Source: the human T2T-CHM13v2.0 reference genome, Homo sapiens
Assembly (NCBI RefSeq): GCF_009914755.1
Contig: NC_060929.1
DNA: 64,000 nt
Strand: one strand, 5' to 3'
Part shown: piece by piece, positions 51,480 through 64,000 of the stretch
Position numbering within the stretch: the stretch's first letter is position 1
Layout of the letters: the number at the start of each line of letters is the position of its first letter
Program-made: the position numbers and the translations under genes
Notes under the pieces: model-generated
Seen by the model: the letters and a program-made list of their open reading frames with translations, nothing else
What the model was told of the DNA's origin: nothing
Database searches by the model: none

Positions 51480-51810
51480 ACAATATCATGTATGTGACAT
51501 TATATATTTTGCATAACACATATAAATGTCATACCACTCATTTTCTACATTTATGTGTTGTAGAACATGTGGTATACATGTTATACAACATATGTTATAC
51601 AAAACATGCTGTATGTTATAAAAATTGTATTTTGTATAATATCATATTTATAATATCTGCTTTAAATATACAATATAAATTTGACCATGTACATTATGTA
51701 ATGTGTGGTTTAAATGTTACACAACATATGTATATTATTCTACACATTATAGAAAATATTCTGTATATGCTACACAACATATATCTGTGTACCATATATA
51801 ATATTTGTTT
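51480..51810. repeat. AT-rich (TA/CATA) low-complexity tract
   Basis: Recurrent acaacatatgt/tatataat units, which explain ORF 51488-51859. Confidence 0.6.
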
Positions 51811-52749
51811 TAAATTTTTGATAATTCTCTGGTTAAGCGTTTGTGTCATTAGAATTTAAATATTAGGGGACAGTAATAATATCTCATTTACTCTTATACT
51901 TCCTACTGAAAAGCAGTTAATGTGTTTGGTAAAAAATAAATACAAAATATTCATTTAGTTATCATTTTTTCTACAAAATCTATATAGAATGTTTACCTTT
52001 TGGATCTGCTAAATTTTATGTGTCTTATACTGTATTTAATTGCTACTGAATAAATTGCTTTGTAAATAGATTAATTTCATTCACTGTAAATCATGAAACT
52101 TCTTTATTGTTCCAAACTAATAGAATTTAAAAATAAACTATTTGTTTAGTCATCACTTTTAATTGCATTTGAGGTTAAAATACACTGACAGTTTGTTCCT
52201 CACAAATTTTTAAATTCCAGACTAATTTAATTTTTAGAATTACAACAGAACATTCAAAGTAATTTCAATTTTCACATGTTGAGATCTATGTTGAGTCCCT
52301 TAAATACAATCTGTGCAGTAATCCAATCAAGTTTACAAATGCATCTCTGAGAATTCTTTAATCATCAAATAGTATTTAAAAAGCTTAATGAAAAAAACAG
52401 TGTTTAAAATTATCTAAAATGAGATTTTTAAAATAAATATTTAAAACAACCACTTTAGTGAAAAGCTAATGAAAATGATTATTTAAAATCAAAACAAAAC
52501 ACTCTTACTCAAATTTAATTATGATTCTGCCATTTTCCTCCCTCAATATATTGTGCTATAAAGGTTTTAATTGATTAGTCTTTATTTAATTTACTATATA
52601 TTTGAGTATAAGAATAGATTATATTAAAATAATTACCATGCTAATTTTTATGAAAAAATGACAACATTTAGAATAACTATAAAGTTAAACCACAAGAGAT
52701 GTACTTGACACAAGTACAAGATAAATGTGTCACATGTATAACTGGATAA

Positions 52750-53452
52750 GCAGGGGTGCTGACATCCCTAAGAGGCTAGGTTTTTCATTCACATCAGAAC
52801 TTGCTATGAATACAGAAAGAAGTCAATGACGGTCTAAGAAAGAGAATTATAGAACCCTATAATGTCTTTTATAACTGGAATAACTTTCCTTTATTAACCA
52901 ACCACTTACACTGAGGATGAAAACATGGATGGAAAAGAAAGAATAGAGCTTTCCATAGTTTCTTTTACATCAGTCTTTCCACACTCATCCATAAAGTAAA
53001 CATAATGAGATTCAGTAGAATATGTGTATATCACACAGTAAAATAAAGACAACTGAGTTCCCCCCTCCCCCCACACACACCCCCAGGATTTTCACTTTTC
53101 TGGTGAGATCAAAATGCATATGTATGTTATAAGTTACCAAACATGAACTGCATAACACTGGTGATTCTACATAGGAGCTTTAAATACTTACATCTGCATT
53201 TAAAATTGGCAATAAATACATAAAGATAAATAGCTAAATTTATGTTAATAATTTAAAATTTTAATTTTTATCCACTTAGAATCACATGAACTAGCATTAA
53301 GACCCAAAGGACATATCTAGAGAGAGACTGGGGAAAAATATAAAAATATTCTGTATTAGTACATTTAATGGTGCTGTTTTTCTGTTTTTTTTTTTTTTAG
53401 CACTGAGGCCCCATTTTTTGTACTAGGCCCCATAAATTATGTAGTTAGTTAT
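52750..53452 (+). mobile_element. Arthur1-type hAT-Tip100 DNA transposon remnant
   Basis: aaatttatgttaataatttaaaattttaattttt and terminal ggccccattttttgtactaggccccataaattatgtag resemble the Arthur1 3' end. Confidence 0.6.
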
Positions 53453-54045
53453 GGTAGTCTCTAAAACTCTCAAAGAATAAATTAACTTAGTGTTACCTTT
53501 GGTAACCCTAACACAGTTTACACTGTCCAGCTAGGGAACTTAAGGTAGAAAACCAGTCATTAGCTATTCATGAAAGAGCAAAAAGAAATATATAGAATAC
53601 TGAAAATACAAGTAGAATCATCAAAGGATGCCCAAATGTAAATATTTCCTCCATCAAGTAATAGGTAAAAATAATATCTAAACAACAAAGAAGAGAAACT
53701 TTTAAAAAAAATTTGAAAAACAATATCAAACTAATACATTTTTCTTATTTAATAGTTTAATTATGAAAGCCTTAAGGTATTTTAACAACATTTTACTGTG
53801 TAACTGATCTAATCGTCACTGAATTAGCAGCAAACATACCGATATTCAAGATCAGGAAACAAAAAGCCTAAAACCGCTGTGAAAGCAAATTACCAGCTCA
53901 TGTTATATGAATTTGCTGACTGAAGATTTTGTTAAGAAAAAGATAAAGGTCAATAGAGCAAAGCACTTTTATTGAACATATCACAAGTTTTCAACACTAT
54001 GCTGAAAGCTTAATATGTCATCTCATTTAAAGCTGCCTTAGTTAC

Positions 54046-54052
<7 letters not shown>

Positions 54053-54083
<31 letters not shown>
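54053..54083. repeat. (TG)15 microsatellite
   Basis: Read directly from the sequence. Confidence 0.97.
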
Positions 54084-54088
<5 letters not shown>

Positions 54089-54685
54089 TTATTGTTGCAA
54101 ATTTAGGACATGCAGAAAAAAGATACGTATAAAAAATGTATACCACATGGAATTGCAAATTAACCATTGTGAAGCCTTCAGTGTAATATCTTGCAATACA
54201 TGTGCATAAAATGGGCACATATCAGCTATATATATTTTACTTCCAAACTGGAATTATACATATAGTTTCATATCATGAATTTGTCATTTAGGCATAATAC
54301 CATGATTTTTATCACATCATTGATTATTACTTGAAAAGTGATTTTAAACATAGCACAATATGCCATCTAATACATGCATCATAATATGTTTGGCTATAGC
54401 TGTGAATATGCAGTTTAAAAACTGACAACTATATATACTTTTTAATTGCTTTACGTTCTGATTATTACTCAAAATAAATCACTAAAATTAGAATAATTTA
54501 CCTTTTAAACTTATAAAAACTCTCCATGAATTATAACTTTTCAAAATATAATTCGACTTTTTAAAATTACTACGATTTATCTTTTTATTTATGGTACTTG
54601 ACAAAAAGAGTTTTTAATTTTTGAATTTATTCTCTTGATGATTTCCTTTGTGTTTTCTTTTTTCCTTTTGTTTAAACACTTGAAA

Positions 54686-60158
<5,473 letters not shown>

Positions 60159-60221
60159 GCTGTTACTACTCATGAGACTATTTAAATATTTACAGATTTT
60201 TATCATGTAATATATGATTCA

Positions 60222-60304
60222 GTGCTGTGGGTTTTTTCGGGGTAGGAGTAGAAAAATCAATAAATATTTCATTGATGTATTACTTAGCAATTGTTGGATT
60301 ATTA
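60222..60304 (+). repeat. 83-bp dispersed direct repeat, copy 1
   Basis: 77/83 identical to 61890-61972 by manual alignment, with no gaps. Confidence 0.95.
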
Positions 60305-60894
60305 TATGTTAAGGTGCTCCCATGTTTAGAGTTCTTTTAAAGCTATCTGTTACATTTCAGGGATTATGATGGCACGGTAGAGCCAAAATATGCATAACTT
60401 GTGTTTTGTTTGAAAATACAGCCAAATATTTGGATTATTAAGAAACTAACATATATAAATAAAGTAAATTTATTAAAAGAAAATAAAATTTATCTCATCT
60501 GTTGAATCAAACATAATTCTAGAAATAGAAATGCAATCAATACCAAAACATGGTTTTGTGGAATTACCTCATTTTAAAGATAAAATTCTTTATCATCGCA
60601 CAATCATATAGAAATAAAATTAAGAACAAAGGGAAAACACTAGCTTATAAAACTTCTCCTCAGTAATATTCCATAATATAAAAAACTGAGCAAATTTTAC
60701 AAATTAGGAGAATGTAAAAAAAGAGAGAAAATTTAATATATTTGTTACAGTTAATCGAATAACTAGTTAATTATTAAAATCAAACACAAATAAGAGAAAG
60801 CATTGACATAAATGTAAAAGGTTTCAGTAAAGAGATATAAATAAACAAAGTAAGTAACTAACAGCAAATGCACATTAAAATAACTGAAACCACC

Positions 60895-61165
60895 TGCATT
60901 TATTGAGTGTGTAAGTGTCAGGAAATTTTTAGCATACGTGTGTGTGTGTGTGTCTATGTGTGTGTGTGTACTTGTTTGTGTGTATTACATCATTTAATTT
61001 TTACAAAATTATTAACATGTAGATGTTATCACCTTTTGAATATGATGAGAATGAGGCAAATATAATTAGGTAACTTACCCAATACACCATAGCTTGAAGG
61101 TGATGGCTCTAGGAATCAGATCCCAGGCAGCCTAGCTTCAAAAACTGGTGCTCATAACCAGCACA
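60895..61165 (-). mobile_element. MIR with an internal (TG)n expansion
   Basis: catttattgagtg...aggtaacttacccaatacacca..atcccaggcagcctagcttcaaaaactggtgctcataacca. Confidence 0.8.
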
Positions 61166-61359
61166 AACTGGTGCTATTAATGGGTACAAACTCCCTCTAA
61201 GGGAAGACTTAAAATTACAGTAATTGCTATTTCAAACAACTCTATTATGAAAACATTGATTTTCCTAGTCAGCCATACATGGCTATATTAATAGTTTGTT
61301 ATTTATTAACTATGTAAACTTAAACATTTACCTGATTCTGCAAACTTTTGTTAACTATG

Positions 61360-61460
61360 CTTTAAAATAGAGAAATAAGAGTACCTCACTCAAAAGATTT
61401 GATATGGAATAAGATAACTTATATGTAATGCTAAACAGTGTGCAGAGCACTTAATAATGC
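61360..61460 (+). mobile_element. MIR 3' fragment
   Basis: aaaatagagaaataagagtacctcactc..atatgtaatgctaaacagtgtgcagagcacttaataa. Confidence 0.5.
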
Positions 61461-61889
61461 ATGTGATGTTTGGGGAAGAAAATACCACATCATGCAGTAT
61501 GAGTGTGAGATGCAGTTTTTATTAAGGAAACCAACATGTCAAAAGTCAGCAAAAGAAAGGATCTGATACTCCATTCTTTCATCAACCTATTGAGAGGAAT
61601 AAAATGTTCTGGGCAGTGCTGGACACAGCATGATGTTGTGTTCCAGGAGGGCCACCCTGCACTTTCTATTCCATCTTGTATCATGGAAGAATAGAACAGC
61701 ATGATATGTGGAGAGTAAACAGTCAAGGAACTGGTGACAAGCATTAAGTTTAGGTGCCATCAATGCAGATAGTTTAATGAAAATACAAAATGTAAATAAC
61801 TAAAATGATTTAACCTATTACTACAATTTTCTAAGGAAAAAGTAAAATCTTTCAGCATTTTCTCTTTTGGTATGCAAAAACATAGATTT

Positions 61890-61972
61890 GTGCTGTGGGT
61901 TTTGTGGGGGTAGGAGTAGAAAAATCAATAAATAATTCATTTATGTATTGCTTAGCAATTATTGGATTATTA
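61890..61972 (+). repeat. 83-bp dispersed direct repeat, copy 2
   Basis: 77/83 identical to 60222-60304. Confidence 0.95.
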
Positions 61973-63655
61973 ACCTCATCTCAGAGTAGAATCAAGTCTT
62001 TTTTTACTGCTCATTAAAGTTTAAAAACATATAAAATGTGTTCCTTTGTGACAGTTCCAATAGATTCTGATTTTGTACTGCTAAGGAGGAGTGATAAAAT
62101 GGATTATACACATTTATTAGCAAGCTAAAATGGCGCTTAAAAAGAGATGACATAACATGTAAAATGCATTTATGGGAGAAAATAAAATATACAATTAACA
62201 ATAATAAAGTGGGCATATGAGGCTGTGGTAGAGGTATTAATAAAAGCAAACTTCAAAAATTAATTTGGCTGTGATTGATCCAACACAAAGTTTTAAACCT
62301 AATTTGCATATTGCAAAGTGTGTAATTTATGTGAAACATGACTCAAACATAAATATGGTTTAGATTAGTTTGTAATAAATCAATTACAAAATAAATTGAA
62401 TTGTGTAGTTTAAAATATCTTTCGAGAAAAGGCAAAATCTTTCCAGTATCCAGGTTCAACAGCCAAAGTTATTAAAAGGCTGTTATTAATCAGGTGAGGA
62501 TTCAAAACTAGAACAAATATACTGCATCAAATGTTCACATAATGTCTGGAAATTCCTCCCCTTATAATTATGCCGAAGCTAAAAGAGCGATTACAAATAC
62601 TTGTTTTGAAATATACAACATACAGCTGTTATAGAATTCATGTGCTTATATTTCATAGACTTTTTCAGTATAAAGGCTTAGTAGCTGAGATACTTATTTT
62701 CAAATTATTTGTATTATTAAGAGGATTTTTTAAATCTAAAGACGAAGAAATTAGCTGAATAATTAGCCAGTGCATTCAAACAACTGAAGCAGACAATTTG
62801 AATAATTTTACATAGTTTCTAAGAAAATATTAAGCAAACTCATGCCTTTCTTACAAACTGGTTTGAATTCTTCCCACAAAAATAATTACGAGTTTTAAAG
62901 TTGTCCTGTTGCAAGAGGATTAGATGACACATTTGTCTATTAGTCTCAAATATACAGAAATACAAAAAAAGGCCGTTTATTTTTCTCAAATAGCGGCATC
63001 AGTAATTATCTTAATCGGAATGTCTGAAAACAAATATCTAAGCCTCAAAAACAAGGGTAGATACTATTTCAACAAAGAAAATGAAAAAAACAAATTAGAA
63101 CACAAAATGAACAATTCTCTCTTAATGAAATTATATTATGATTCCCAACAAAGCAAAATGGAATATAAAAGGTTTTCAGGTGATGGAAACATCAAAGAAG
63201 TAAAGTGATACTTTAATGTTAGATATAGAAGAAATTGTATGATGAATAATACAATTCCATCAAGAAATGATGGGAAGAGTGTAAAAACAAAGCAAAAGGA
63301 AAAAATACGCACTCCATTTGTAAGCAGAAGGGACTTCCACTAAGCTAGTAGAGATTTAGCTCCAAGATTCCTCATTTGCACAGGCTTCTTCCCAGGTCTC
63401 ATAGCTTCTTTTGTTATTTGTCACTTGGCAGTCTGGAGCATGCCAGATTGGAAAACTTTCGGTCTGATGAGCAAACTTAGATATATCCATCCTGGGTGTT
63501 AGTGTGCATGTTTGTTTATATGCTGAGAAAAAGACAGGAAGATAGAGAGACAAACAGATGGTTAGAGATGGGAAGGGAGGCTGAGACAGAAGCCAGGGCA
63601 GAGGACTCATTATCCCAATTGTAGATATTGCAGCCTTGTTGCTAGTTTTTGTTTC

Positions 63656-63679
63656 TGTTGTTGTTGTTGTTGTTGTTGT
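63656..63679. repeat. (TTG)n microsatellite
   Basis: Read directly; it gives the poly-Thr of ORF 63356-63718(-). Confidence 0.9.
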
Positions 63680-64000
63680 GTATTTTTCTTTCTTAATTTT
63701 TAAAACTAAAACTACCATATGATCCAGTCTTGCTGTTTGTCTTTCTCCTTTTCAACCTAGATTGTTCTTAGCCATTTTATTTCCATTCTAGCACTTACTG
63801 TAGCAAATTAGGCAAGTAAAATATTGGGATAGGAAATAATTTTTTTAATTTATAAATCTGCAAAAATTGATCAGTTTAAATTTTTTGAATATCTCAAAGG
63901 ATGAGTGAAAGAAATAGTGTACAGCTAACTATTCATTTATACAGGTTATATATGAGCTACTTGTGCATTTGCCAAAGACTGCTTAAGTTGACGTTAATGA

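Noticed and set aside
63356-63718. 120-aa ORF with poly-Thr
   Set aside because: The poly-Thr comes from a (TTG)n microsatellite, and there is no recognisable domain or exon structure.

Overview
AT-rich, CpG-poor primate DNA, very probably human (AluYa5 and L1PA2 diagnostic bases are present). It looks like a gene desert or deep intron, and roughly two-thirds is recognisable interspersed repeat. I find no protein-coding gene, RNA gene or CpG island. The recognisable ORFs in the track are Alu read-throughs, decayed LINE-1 ORF1/ORF2 pieces or low-complexity translations, and the rest are short and unsupported. Repeat content includes seven Alu loci, a near full-length L1PA5 (54.7-60.2 kb), three 5'-inverted (twin-primed) L1s, further truncated L1PA2/5/7 copies, old L1M and L2/MIR fossils, LTRs (LTR16, MSTA, MSTB, MER4D, two MLT2, MLT1), an ERVL remnant, and DNA transposons (MER30, MADE1, Arthur1). 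I do not see a new multi-gene biological system. The most unusual signals are small rearrangement footprints: a three-arm Alu with a Ya5 right arm nested in an older AluY, a MADE1 (miR-548-type) hairpin extended by template switching, an ERVL pol fragment captured inside an L1 3' end, an unexplained 83-bp dispersed duplication next to the L1PA5 tail, and a candidate 40-nt minus-strand micro-exon. Subfamily names come from remembered consensus diagnostics read by eye and need RepeatMasker/Dfam confirmation.
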